A stretch of DNA of 63,513 bases, from the IMG/VR virus record IMGVR_UViG_2585427777_000008, positions 1 through 63,513 of that record, one strand, 5' to 3'. Under the pieces are notes generated by a model that saw nothing but the letters and a program-made list of their open reading frames with translations, was not told the DNA's origin and made no database searches. The stretch comes from a virus. Its lineage: Duplodnaviria; Heunggongvirae; Uroviricota; Caudoviricetes. How positions within the stretch are numbered: the first letter of the stretch is position 1; every line of letters begins with the position of its first letter. Below, piece by piece: positions 46,016-56,300 of this stretch. The position numbers were made by a program, and so were the translations under genes.

Positions 46016-47674
46016 ATGAATAAGATTAGTTTTTCGGTAGGGCAGGCAGCTGGCGTTGCTGTAATGGCGGTAAATGCTGACGCTACCCTCACCAATACCA
46101 GCGGTGGCGCATCTGTCTTTGCTGGGCTTGTAATATCGCGTCGTGGCGCACCGGGTAAAGTGCTGAAAGTTGACGATACGACTTATCAAAGCGTATTAGG
46201 TTCACCTATTCACCCTCGCCTGGGATCGGCATTTGAACCATACCGCCACGTGGAGCGTGCCGTAAAAGGTGGCTCTGGTTATGTCGTTCGTGTTTGCGCT
46301 AAAGACATGAAGGTGCCGGGAATTTCTGTTTCCGTCGCGAGCAGAGCAAAAGCGGCAAAGGCCAACAAAACACTTACCGTGGAACCTGCTGAAACCACAG
46401 TAAATCCAGGTGACACATTGAGCGTGGGTGTTGCTTCAACTGCAACGACACAATCAGTAACTTTCACACCAAAAGAAACTCCCCAGATTAAAGACGAAGG
46501 GAAGGCATTATTCTTCATCAAAGATGGTGATGCATCTCAAAATCGCACGTTATCACTAACTCGCGATGATGAAGAAAGTGAACTCTTTACGCTGACGCTG
46601 AAAGAAAAACAAACCGATGGGTCTGTTGAGGTGCTGGAAAGCCACCAGGTGTCCTTCAATCCAGAAGGCACTAACGACATGGGCCAACCAGCATGGATTC
46701 CGACACTGCTTGAAAGCCAGTCCACTCGCATTGGTGCCGTCCTGGCAGATAATGCGGAAGCATCTGCTGCTCAACTCATGTTTGAGGATGTGGCTTTTGA
46801 AGGCGGCACTGATGGCGATTTGTCCACCATTGACACCGAAGACTATCTGGAAGCATTAAAGGTTCTCGAAGCCTCGGAGGTTAATTACACCGCATTACTG
46901 TCACTGGGCTGCTATGACGCATCCGCCTTAGCCGCGCTCAAAAATCTGGCAGAAGACGTTCGTGTAGACATGTTCTACGACCTGAAGGGCAACCAGACAC
47001 CAGAAAATGCTATTTCAGAAGCGAAAAGCCATAGTTTTGGCGGCTCACATCAACCAAGCCGTTACTACTTCCCGCTCTCCTGCCGAGATACTTTCACTGG
47101 AATGAATGTCGTCTATGGCATTAGCTGCGACGCATTCGTAGCGAAAGCAAAAGGAGTGGCGCTGGTACCGGATGTTGGTGGTTGGCATTACGCACCGGCA
47201 GGTATATCACGCGCGATTATTGATCGACAGAACATTGCCCGAATTCCAAATATCGGTGCAGTTGATCGTGAAGCCTTCGTTCTTGCGCGCATTAATCCAG
47301 TTTCAGTTGCTGCTGACGGGTCCGTTTACATTGACGACTCTTTAACAACTTACAGCAAAAACAACTATCTGCGATTCCAGCATGTGTCTTCCTTGATGAA
47401 CGCCATCGCCAGAGATTTCTATGAAGTAGCTCAGGCGATTAAGCACGAACCGGATGGCATTACCAAAGAAACGCTAATGAAAGCAATGACTGAATTGCTT
47501 GACCGTTACGTTGCAGCCGGTGCGCTGGTTACTCCACGTGACAAGTCCCAGGGCGAAGATCCATATGTTGTTCAGGTTGTCCAAAAGGACATCGATCTGT
47601 GGGAAGTGTCCTGGTCTGTTTGTCCGACCGGTACAGCTCGCCGAATCGTCGGTAAGCCAATTCTGATGCGCTGA
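46016..47674 (+). CDS. putative contractile tail sheath protein
   Basis: 552 aa with an internal Ig-like insertion and a C-terminal region resembling myovirus sheath C-terminal domains. Context-supported, not motif-proven. Confidence 0.45.
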   Translation: MNKISFSVGQAAGVAVMAVNADATLTNTSGGASVFAGLVISRRGAPGKVLKVDDTTYQSVLGSPIHPRLGSAFEPYRHVERAVKGGSGYVVRVCAKDMKVPGISVSVASRAKAAKANKTLTVEPAETTVNPGDTLSVGVASTATTQSVTFTPKETPQIKDEGKALFFIKDGDASQNRTLSLTRDDEESELFTLTLKEKQTDGSVEVLESHQVSFNPEGTNDMGQPAWIPTLLESQSTRIGAVLADNAEASAAQLMFEDVAFEGGTDGDLSTIDTEDYLEALKVLEASEVNYTALLSLGCYDASALAALKNLAEDVRVDMFYDLKGNQTPENAISEAKSHSFGGSHQPSRYYFPLSCRDTFTGMNVVYGISCDAFVAKAKGVALVPDVGGWHYAPAGISRAIIDRQNIARIPNIGAVDREAFVLARINPVSVAADGSVYIDDSLTTYSKNNYLRFQHVSSLMNAIARDFYEVAQAIKHEPDGITKETLMKAMTELLDRYVAAGALVTPRDKSQGEDPYVVQVVQKDIDLWEVSWSVCPTGTARRIVGKPILMR

Positions 47675-47712
47675 TTTATAACCCCCCGCTAAATGATGCG
47701 GGGGAGAGAGGT

Positions 47713-48453
47713 TTGAATATGAAAAATTATACTGCTGATCCTTTTATGCGTGCGATTTTCGGTTCTGGCTGCTTTGAAAGCGGTGATAAATCCACGCAGG
47801 ACAATAATGATAACGCCATGCTGGAAAGCGCAGGACAGAAAGGAAAGGACACTCAACCAAAGCCCAAAGACGACATTGAAACCGCGATGATGGAAGCGGT
47901 TGAATCCCGTGCACAAGGTGATATGCGCAGCCTGGCAGCTTCCATGCTTGCTGGTTGGGTTGAAGATGGTGATCCGGAGGCTGACTCATTTGATGCATTA
48001 GCAATCACTATGGCTGGCCTGGCTGATATCGATGAAGACACCGATTTCACCGATGAGCAAATCGATGCTTATAACGATGCTCTCGCAGCTCTTGCTGATG
48101 CAGCTGTTGCGCTTGGCGCTGATCAGGACGATGTAACCGAAATGATCGACGATGAAGATGACTCAGCTGCCGAACGTGTTTATGACGCTCTTTCCGAAAG
48201 CGACACCGACATGATGGAAACAGCTATTGCCATTTACACCGTTGCTGGTGGTGATAGCGCAATGCTGGAAGCGGTACGTAAAAAAGTGGTTCGTGATGGC
48301 AAGGTTACCATCATCCGTAAACGCCCGCGTCCTCGCCGCATGACGTCATTGCAAAAACAGGCGCTGAAAAAAGCACGCCGCAAAGCACATACATCCGTAG
48401 CGAATATCAACCGCAAAAAATCAATGCGCATTCGCAAAAAACGCGGTTTGTAA
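47713..48453 (+). CDS. highly acidic protein with basic C-terminal tail
   Basis: 246 aa; long Asp/Glu-rich region then an Arg/Lys-rich tail (RKRPRPRR...RKKRGL). Confidence 0.45.
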   Translation: MNMKNYTADPFMRAIFGSGCFESGDKSTQDNNDNAMLESAGQKGKDTQPKPKDDIETAMMEAVESRAQGDMRSLAASMLAGWVEDGDPEADSFDALAITMAGLADIDEDTDFTDEQIDAYNDALAALADAAVALGADQDDVTEMIDDEDDSAAERVYDALSESDTDMMETAIAIYTVAGGDSAMLEAVRKKVVRDGKVTIIRKRPRPRRMTSLQKQALKKARRKAHTSVANINRKKSMRIRKKRGL

Positions 48454-48502
48454 GTGACATAGGCCGCCTGCAAAGGTGGCCTCTACCTGGGAGAAATAGC
48501 GT

Positions 48503-49093
48503 TTGATTTGCGGCGCGATAATGCCTGACGGAATAAGTCCGTTAATGAAGGTTTATATCCTCTCTTCAGAGGATATGGTCGTCGGTTATATCGGTGAAGG
48601 ATCTACCGCAGAACTGTCATCAATGTGGCAATCACCATTTGAAAACCAGTCAGTAGGAGGTTTGCTTGGCGGTATTAGCGCTGCGGCTGGCTCTCTTGCA
48701 GATACGCTTCAGACCGCAACCGGCGTAACAACAAAAACCCTCTTCAACTCAATGCTTGTTTGGGAAGGTCAGCAACCGCCTGAATTTAATCTGGTAATTG
48801 ATTTCATGGCGACAACGAACGCGCAACTTGAAGTGAACGCAGCCATTACAGCATTGCTGAAGATGGAATCGCCGGAACTGAACAATGTAGCGCCATTCGG
48901 TCGTCGCCCGGAGACAGTAACGTTAAACATAGGTAGGAACATAGCCCTTACCGACGTTGTTATCAAAAGCGTGAGTTACCAACTGGACGCCCCGCGCACA
49001 CCGGAAGGCTATTTCACTCATAACACGGTAACCCTGCAATGCAGCGGTAACACATCGATCAACCGTAGCAATATCTCATCTGTTTTTGTGTAG
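48503..49093 (+). CDS. virion structural protein (tail-tube candidate)
   Basis: 196-aa ORF in the structural block; no diagnostic motif. Confidence 0.35.
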   Translation: MICGAIMPDGISPLMKVYILSSEDMVVGYIGEGSTAELSSMWQSPFENQSVGGLLGGISAAAGSLADTLQTATGVTTKTLFNSMLVWEGQQPPEFNLVIDFMATTNAQLEVNAAITALLKMESPELNNVAPFGRRPETVTLNIGRNIALTDVVIKSVSYQLDAPRTPEGYFTHNTVTLQCSGNTSINRSNISSVFV

Positions 49094-49101
49094 GAGTATT
49101 T

Positions 49102-49593
49102 ATGTCCGGTTTTGCAAATACAAAAGCCGATATGGCCTTTCTAAAATCCCGGTTTAATAAAAACCTGGCTGCAGGCGAAAAACTTATTGGTTCTGAATAT
49201 TGGATGACCATTAAGGGTTACGAACATCTGTCTGTACTAGTTCGTACAGCTCAGTTACCAGAAATGACACGTGAAGATGTGGAGGATTACGCCCCTGGTG
49301 GCATGAAATTCAACCAGCACGGACCATTACGCAACTCTGGTGAATTTCAGGTCACATGCGCGGAAACTATCGAAGGCGCAGTTCTCGCCGCTGTAAAACA
49401 GATGGTATACGGAAAAGAATATCTGGAAATTACCTTACAGGCGGCGGCTGAATCGAATAGCGGTAACCATAAAGGTCTGATCCGCACATATTCTCATTGC
49501 AAAGTGTATTCCGACGCCGTGGACTTCTCATCCGAAGACGTAACGGCGGTCGTTAAACCTTCCCTGCGCATTGTTTACAACTGGGCGGAATAA
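49102..49593 (+). CDS. virion structural protein (tail-tube candidate)
   Basis: 163-aa ORF with strong RBS GGAG, in the structural block. Confidence 0.35.
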   Translation: MSGFANTKADMAFLKSRFNKNLAAGEKLIGSEYWMTIKGYEHLSVLVRTAQLPEMTREDVEDYAPGGMKFNQHGPLRNSGEFQVTCAETIEGAVLAAVKQMVYGKEYLEITLQAAAESNSGNHKGLIRTYSHCKVYSDAVDFSSEDVTAVVKPSLRIVYNWAE

Positions 49594-49647
49594 TCCCTAT
49601 CCCGCCCTTGTGGCGGGAACATCCTTGTTATTGAGTTGTAGGCAACA

Positions 49648-50199
49648 ATGACACCAATTGAATTATTAGAAAGCGTTAAAGAGCGATTTAATCCGCTGCT
49701 TGTGCGTGAAGAAGAAACGTTGAAAGCATTCCTGATCAAAGCTCTGACCACGTATCAGGACAGGGCAGGGGTAGTGAAAACGTTAAAACTTGAAAAAGCT
49801 GGTGGTACTGCAATCCCGTTGCCAGAAGATTATCTCTCTCTGGTTCATGTTACCGACAACAACGGCTTGTTGGTCTATTCGGATGAATTATCCGGATTTA
49901 TTGAATTAGAGCTAACAGGTTCAGAACGCTGGCCTTTTCGAATGCTGTATCTGGTTAATCTACGCGACAGAGAGCTGGATGAATGGCAAGTGCCTCCTGC
50001 AATCATTGGAATGCTGGAGGAATATCTGGAGGCGCTTATCAATGTAAGAAATGTCGCCCGGCAGCGTAGAGCGTCCATCGACGGGAAATTTGACTACTCC
50101 GATCTGCCCGATGAAGCCACGCTATATGCCCGCGTGCAGGAGATTGAGGAAAAAATGTCCTCAAACCGGGCCATTATTCCGGGGGCTACCATTTTTTAA
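49648..50199 (+). CDS. hypothetical structural-module protein
   Basis: 183-aa ORF. Confidence 0.4.
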   Translation: MTPIELLESVKERFNPLLVREEETLKAFLIKALTTYQDRAGVVKTLKLEKAGGTAIPLPEDYLSLVHVTDNNGLLVYSDELSGFIELELTGSERWPFRMLYLVNLRDRELDEWQVPPAIIGMLEEYLEALINVRNVARQRRASIDGKFDYSDLPDEATLYARVQEIEEKMSSNRAIIPGATIF

Positions 50200-50214
50200 C
50201 GCTGGAGGCGCAGA

Positions 50215-50922
50215 GTGAGTATTTTCAGCAGCGTTGGTAGAACGTTGACCACCGCATTGTCATTTAACACGAAATCATTCACCAGCAACCTCATTAGCGA
50301 CATTCTTGATAAAGCCATATCAGGCGGCGGGGTAAGCGGGAATTACAGTAGCGATATTGCCTACGGGAAAAATATTGTTGCTGCCGCTATGCGTATCCGT
50401 TACGCCCAGGGGTGGCAGTGGACCGTTGAAGTGGATGGTCTGAACGGCTTCGATATGTTCGTGAAGGATATCACCTACAGCAGTGGGAACATCGAGACAG
50501 AAAGCAAGGTGATCGGCAGCGTAGAATTCAGCAAGCCAACCTATGTTAGCGCCGGACCGGTCACTATGACCGTGAGGGATACCGAAGATGGCAAGATCAT
50601 GGACTGGTTCAAAGAGCGTCGTTCTCGTGTAACAAATCCTGATGGAACAATAAACCTTCCTCCGGAATATCTGATGAAAATCCGTGTCTACCGGGTAACT
50701 CAGGACGGCGGAAAAGAACTGGAAGAAGAAATGCGCGTATTTCCTACTCAACTTGGGGAAATCACTCGCTCACGTGATCAGGTGTCAGAGTTCTTGTCAT
50801 ACCCAATCACTTTCCAGAAATACACATCCGCAGGCTCAGGTGTTTCTGCTTTGGTCAACGGTGCCGCTGGCATGGCTACAAGTGCGTTAAAGGGGGCTGT
50901 GAGTGGAGTGATCAAATTCTGA
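50215..50922 (+). CDS. hypothetical structural-module protein
   Basis: 235-aa ORF. Confidence 0.4.
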   Translation: MSIFSSVGRTLTTALSFNTKSFTSNLISDILDKAISGGGVSGNYSSDIAYGKNIVAAAMRIRYAQGWQWTVEVDGLNGFDMFVKDITYSSGNIETESKVIGSVEFSKPTYVSAGPVTMTVRDTEDGKIMDWFKERRSRVTNPDGTINLPPEYLMKIRVYRVTQDGGKELEEEMRVFPTQLGEITRSRDQVSEFLSYPITFQKYTSAGSGVSALVNGAAGMATSALKGAVSGVIKF

Positions 50923-51012
50923 ATAGCTTTAATTATGTGTGCTGGAGGGTTGCTCATTTCCCGTCAGCACCCACGCCCTCAACGATAGCGTGTAGGGAAG
51001 GTAGCGCAATTT

Positions 51013-51307
51013 TGAGGGCATTTTTTACATCATTAATCCATCTGTAATGAAGGCATTCTTTACACATTTCAATAATATCAATCAGTTAACACAGTGAATG
51101 ATAATAAAAAAGCGCAATAAGAATGCACGATACGCACGATATTGGTTGAGGGTGATTTTTACATAATCCTTATATGTCAATATGTTATATAAAAACACAA
51201 CTTGCCAATAACAAGATACATGCAATTAAGATGTAAAAATTGCCCTCAATTGCCGATCGTTAAGGGCAAATTCTACACCTTGAGAGGGGTGTAAAAATTG
51301 CCCTTAA
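51013..51307. repeat. iteron cluster downstream of rep (about 5 copies, both orientations)
   Basis: Copies of the 19-bp unit TGAGGGCAAATCTTACACC and variants at 51013-51031, 51147-51165, 51231-51249 (inverted), 51261-51279 and 51289-51307 (inverted), in an AT-rich region. Confidence 0.7.
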
Positions 51308-52059
51308 GACTGCTGATAGGTAAATTTTATCCTGGTAACTTTGCCGCCTTCCGTCACCTCTGAGAAGACTATTTTCATTTTTGTATTTTTTTCAATCTCT
51401 GCTACAGCCTTCGTTAAAAAACTTCTCTTAAATTCGGCATACCGCTGATAGCTTTTTGGTAACCCATAACGCTCACGCATCCATTCGACGCCAAGTATGG
51501 CAAAGCCGCTTCCATCATCCTTCCTGTACTGGCATAAGGACTCATAAAGCCGCATAGAATAAGGATTTGTAAGGCGAGATACTTCAGTAAAATTCAGCCT
51601 TGTGAATCTCTTATCAAGCAGAGTAAAAAACGGCATGAGATATGGATTAAGATGAATAATGTAAGTCCCGCGCCGTGGTGAATAGGCATCCTTAATCATC
51701 CAAGGATAAGACTCATAACTGTCTTCTGATTCGGTCGATTCATCAGGGTTATATATCGTAACTTTCTTCTCGCTAAGACCTGAAATGGCCTTACGAATAT
51801 CCTTGCTGGCTTCAGCAGAGGGCAAATTATACATCTCTGCATATTCGTTGACCGTCAACTCACAGGCACCTGAACCAAGAACGCCATCCTTAGAAGCATA
51901 GCGAAGCCTTCCCACCACAATAAACAACAGTCGCTTTTGGTCGCGAGTCAGGTGATAAGCAGCCTCCGTGATCTCATTGGCTTGTGCCAAACTACGACTA
52001 ATAGGTGTCGCTGACTCAATCAGGCTGACGGCTTTTGCTGTTAATTCCGCTCTGTTCAT
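51304..52059 (-). CDS. repA: iteron-type plasmid replication initiator (Rep_3 / RepA-RepE-like)
   Basis: C-terminal half (NPYSMRLYESLCQYRK...FAILGVEWMRERYGLPKSYQRYAEFKRSFLTKAVAEIEKNT...) has the Rep_3 winged-helix pattern; iterons on both sides. Start could also be the upstream ATG at 52092. Confidence 0.7.
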   Translation of the reverse strand: MNRAELTAKAVSLIESATPISRSLAQANEITEAAYHLTRDQKRLLFIVVGRLRYASKDGVLGSGACELTVNEYAEMYNLPSAEASKDIRKAISGLSEKKVTIYNPDESTESEDSYESYPWMIKDAYSPRRGTYIIHLNPYLMPFFTLLDKRFTRLNFTEVSRLTNPYSMRLYESLCQYRKDDGSGFAILGVEWMRERYGLPKSYQRYAEFKRSFLTKAVAEIEKNTKMKIVFSEVTEGGKVTRIKFTYQQS

Positions 52060-52083
52060 AACCCTGTGTGATCCTTCAAATGG

Positions 52084-52201
52084 TGAGGGCAATTTTTACA
52101 TCACTTTGAGGGCAATTACTACACCTTTTGAGGGTAAATCTTACACCTTTTGAGGGCAAATCTTACACCGATCGTATTTAATTGAGGGCAAATCTTACAC
52201 C
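52084..52201. repeat. five direct 19-bp iterons upstream of rep (origin-like)
   Basis: TGAGGGCAATTTTTACATC, TGAGGGCAATTACTACACC, TGAGGGTAAATCTTACACC, TGAGGGCAAATCTTACACC (x2), spaced 21-32 bp; an inverted copy at 52324-52342 and a DnaA-box-like TGTGGATAT at 52297-52305. Confidence 0.8.
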
Positions 52202-52447
52202 AGCCTCCTCTACAGCCCGCGCCACTACTGGCTCCAGCGACGCCTAAAAAGGATCTAAAAAGGATTAAAAATGGAAAAAGGTTTATAAAAATACTCTGTG
52301 GATATGTGAGTAGCGTCACTTAAGGTGTAAAAATCACCCTCAATAATCGCTTCTCGACCGGCAAAGATCTTCATTCAATCCCCATCGCAAATCACACACT
52401 CCCTATCCTCTGGAAAATGAACAGATACCTGCTTTTCGGAGGAATAA

Positions 52448-53269
52448 TTGAACATTCCAAAATTCCCATTGCCTTCCCGTCCTGAGACAGAAATTCAGTT
52501 TCACGCCCCTACCGTGAAGGATGCGCTGAAATATTCTGACCTGAACCCGGCAGAAGATGAGGCAACTACTACAGAGTACCTTAACTCTATGCAGGATGGT
52601 GAAATTAACGACAGTGCTAACTGGACAGTTCAGGATCGCAGAACTGCTCTTTGGTGGATATTTGTTAATTCGCGCCCTGATGCAGTAATGACCTACTCCT
52701 ATGAGTGCAGTCACTGCGGTAATACGCATCATGCAGATATTAACCTGAGCGACCTGGCCCAAACAGTAGAAATACTCACTGTGCCTCCTTACGTGAAAAC
52801 CAACGTACCAGTAAATGGAGTACCAACTGACTGGATACTTAAACCATTAACCGGGAAAGGCGCGGAACTCCTTGAACGAATGCGAGCGTCACTTCCTGAT
52901 ATGAAAAGCCCCGAATACAGTGCTGGCGTGGCACGGATGCGAATTGCTGAACTCGCTTTATGCACGGCGCTTGAAGACGATCCGGAGGACTTCACGCAGG
53001 CCGCTAACCGACGCTTTGACATCATTGAAAGCATGGCGCTTGAAACCGAATTTACTCCGCTTGTGGCTCGCATACAGCTTATGCAAAAAGACCTACGCCA
53101 CGGCCTGAAAATGTCTATTGAGAGAGGCACAAGCCGACTGATCCTGCCTCCGCAACATTGCAAAAACGCTAAGGAGGGTGCAGATGTGACAACCACACTG
53201 TACGTCCCCTTTCTCAATAGAGAGTTTATCCCATCAATTAGATCTGAATGGATGGCTAACCATTATTAA
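52448..53269 (+). CDS. hypothetical protein
   Basis: 273-aa ORF between the replicon and the giant structural gene. Confidence 0.45.
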   Translation: MNIPKFPLPSRPETEIQFHAPTVKDALKYSDLNPAEDEATTTEYLNSMQDGEINDSANWTVQDRRTALWWIFVNSRPDAVMTYSYECSHCGNTHHADINLSDLAQTVEILTVPPYVKTNVPVNGVPTDWILKPLTGKGAELLERMRASLPDMKSPEYSAGVARMRIAELALCTALEDDPEDFTQAANRRFDIIESMALETEFTPLVARIQLMQKDLRHGLKMSIERGTSRLILPPQHCKNAKEGADVTTTLYVPFLNREFIPSIRSEWMANHY

Positions 53270-53323
53270 CAACCTGACTCTATATGGATATCAGCCCGTT
53301 AGTGACGTTGAACAATTGCCACA

Positions 53324-56300
53324 ATGGCGAGCACTCCATATGTCAAAAGCCCTGGAAGAAAAATACAAAGCTCAAGCCAGGAAACGTTGATCACCGCTGG
53401 CAAAAGAGAGGTTATTTTGAAAGAGAATAAAGACCGTATCGCAATAATTGACGCTATTCAGGGGGCGAGCACAAACGAACTTAAGGCTCTTGCTGAGATC
53501 AAAGACGCCATTCTCTCTGGGGCAAGCACCATAACTCAACAGGACGAAAGGCAAGGCAGAGTTAGCAACAGACTATCACGCAGGCGTAAAGACTACGAGC
53601 AAAGTACATCTGATAGCGTCAGAGATGCCCAAGCTAACCCATATAAAAAACGTCTCCCTGCTAAAAAGGAGAGGGCACCGATAAACCAAACCGTGGACCG
53701 CTCTATCGTTGCAACGAACACACCAGAAAGTGTTCGCTCCGTGCAATCACGTCAGACCATCCGAAAATTGGACGGTTTCATACCGGTAGCTGCTAATTCA
53801 GCCCCTCTTGAACCACAATCCCCCCAAAGTCTAAAAGGCCCGCTGCGGGATAGTAATGGACGTTTTGTATCCCAAAAAAGCAATGAGGATGTAGCCAGAA
53901 AAAAAGAATTGCAGAACGCACGTAAAGCCGACGCAAAATTACAAGCTGGCTTTCTCAGAAAGCTAGGTTCCATTATGGGGGTAGATGGCAATCAGTCTTC
54001 CAGTGAAGAGTCTTTAACAAATGCAGCTGGTGTCGGTGCTGGTGGGCCGTTATGGATGGCGGCTCGTGGCATGTACGACATAACTAAAGAGATCACAGGT
54101 AAAGCAGAATCTCTTAAAGAATGGGTAGAAAAGGGGAAAAAAGAAACATCAACCTCGAAAGCAATATCACCAGTAATTACTTATCCGGCGGCGGTGAATT
54201 CTCAAAAAGCAACATCTGCAAAAGCGTTCAATAACGCTGTTGAGACAAAATCCGCACAAGCAGTAGAAGAGCAAACCACAATCCTTCAGGCCAATGACAA
54301 CAAAATAATTGATGGTCTGGAAAATGTTTCTGACGAGATAGTTAAGCTTCGGAAATCAGTGTCTTCTGGAAATAAGTTCGGCTTAAGTGATCTCTGGAAA
54401 AATCGAGCAAGCAGAAGAAATAAAATCAATATTGGTGATCAAACGGAAAAAAATAAACGGAATAAATCGAAAAGGAAAGGCCGCAATCTTGGGAAAAAAG
54501 CACTCTCCGTTGGCGAAAAAGTTGCTGCCGGTAGTGCTGCAGCTGGCACTGGTGTCGGAGCAGCAAAAGTAGTTAAAAATAAGATCAGCAAACCCAAAGA
54601 TGTAAGCACTATCAGCGATACATCAAAGGGGATTGCAAAGGAAACAAAAAATACTGCTAAGGCCGTGAAGTCAGCTGGTGTTGTGGCTGAAGATGCCACC
54701 ATTAAAACCGGCGAAGCCATTGCAAAGAAAAAAACTGAATCTGTAGCCCTCAAAAGTGCTGCAAAAATAGGAGTTAAATCAGCAGCATCCACAGCGGCAA
54801 GAGCGGTCCCTATCATCGGTTCGCTGGCAATGGCTGGATATGACGCCATAGATGGTTACACAGATACAGAGGCGCAAAAGGCAGCCTTTGGTTTAAGTGA
54901 CGATGATGCTGTATCCGAACAGCAAAAAACGGCTTACGCAACAGCTAATGTGCTCGATATGGGGGGCTTGGTGTCGGGCGCAACAAACTTGATAGGGAAA
55001 GGAATTTCTGCGCTAGGATTTGAAAGAGCAGGTGAAAAACTTCAGAATTTTGATACCGGAGATATTGCTCGTGGTGTTAACGGCGCGGTAGATATCACCA
55101 AATCTGTTTTTGGTAGCCTTAAGGATACATTTTTATCCACTGACGAAAACACAAAACAAGTAAAAAAAGCTGTTGAAGACGGCACCAAAAAAACTGTCGA
55201 TGCGATTCATTCTTTAGGTGAGCAGCTACAAGGCGGGCGTGATGGTGAAGATGGTGTTGGTGAGCACGGGTATACTTCCCCGGCTGAATTTAATGCCCCT
55301 ACCAGCAACACCATTGCAGCGGATCTGAATATTGGTGGCAGCAACGCTAAAAACCGCAATTACCGGAATAATAATCTCGGCAACCTTGTTTTCGCTAATC
55401 AGGAAGGGGCGACGCTGGAAGCACCAAATGCAAAAGGTGAACAACGTTTTGCGCGATTTAACACGCCTGAAGAAGGGATCAGGGCGCTGGCAAACCAGGT
55501 GTCAAGCTATTACAACGGCACCAGCGCCGCTGCTGGGTATCAGAAGCTACAGACGGTATCCAGTATTATTTCCAAATGGGCACCCCCAAAGGAGAACAAT
55601 ACTAATCAATATATTGATAACGTCAGCAAATATCTTGGCGTCTCGCCTAATGAAAAAATAGACGTCAGCAACCCAGAGGTTATGACGCAATTAGTTCGTG
55701 CAATAGCGACGAAAGAAGGTGGAAACCCGGCGGTTAACAATGAGTACATAAAGAATGCTCTTGGGGCATTTAACACAAATACTGGTCGATGGGAGGGACA
55801 ATTCTCTGACGAAACATTGGCGCGGATTAATAAAATTCAGAAAGAAAATGGTGGTCAGCTAATTGCCCGCGATTCGCAATATAGTGTTGGTCGCAAGGTA
55901 AAATATGCTAATGGAAAATCTCCAGCTCAACCAGTTTTGAATGCCGTTCCGACAGCAACACAACAGCCAATTGAGGTTGCACAACATGCTCAGACAGTCA
56001 AAAAGCCACAAAAAACAGGCAATCAATCGCAACCGATTAATCCAGAGAATGTTGATGTTAATACTGGCTCGCCATCAAGTCTGCTTGAGAGATTAATCGC
56101 TATAAATGACAGCGGGGTAGGTAATTTATTTGGAGGTGCGGCTACCAGCATTGCTGGTACAAGCCTTGGCCTGATTAAGGATTTTGCGTCGGCGACTTCG
56201 TTTGGTTCTATATCTTCGCTTTCCGAAAAAGCGAAAGGAATGGATCAGGCTCTTACTGAAAAGATATCCAGCTTAACCGGTAAATCTTTTGGATTTCAAA

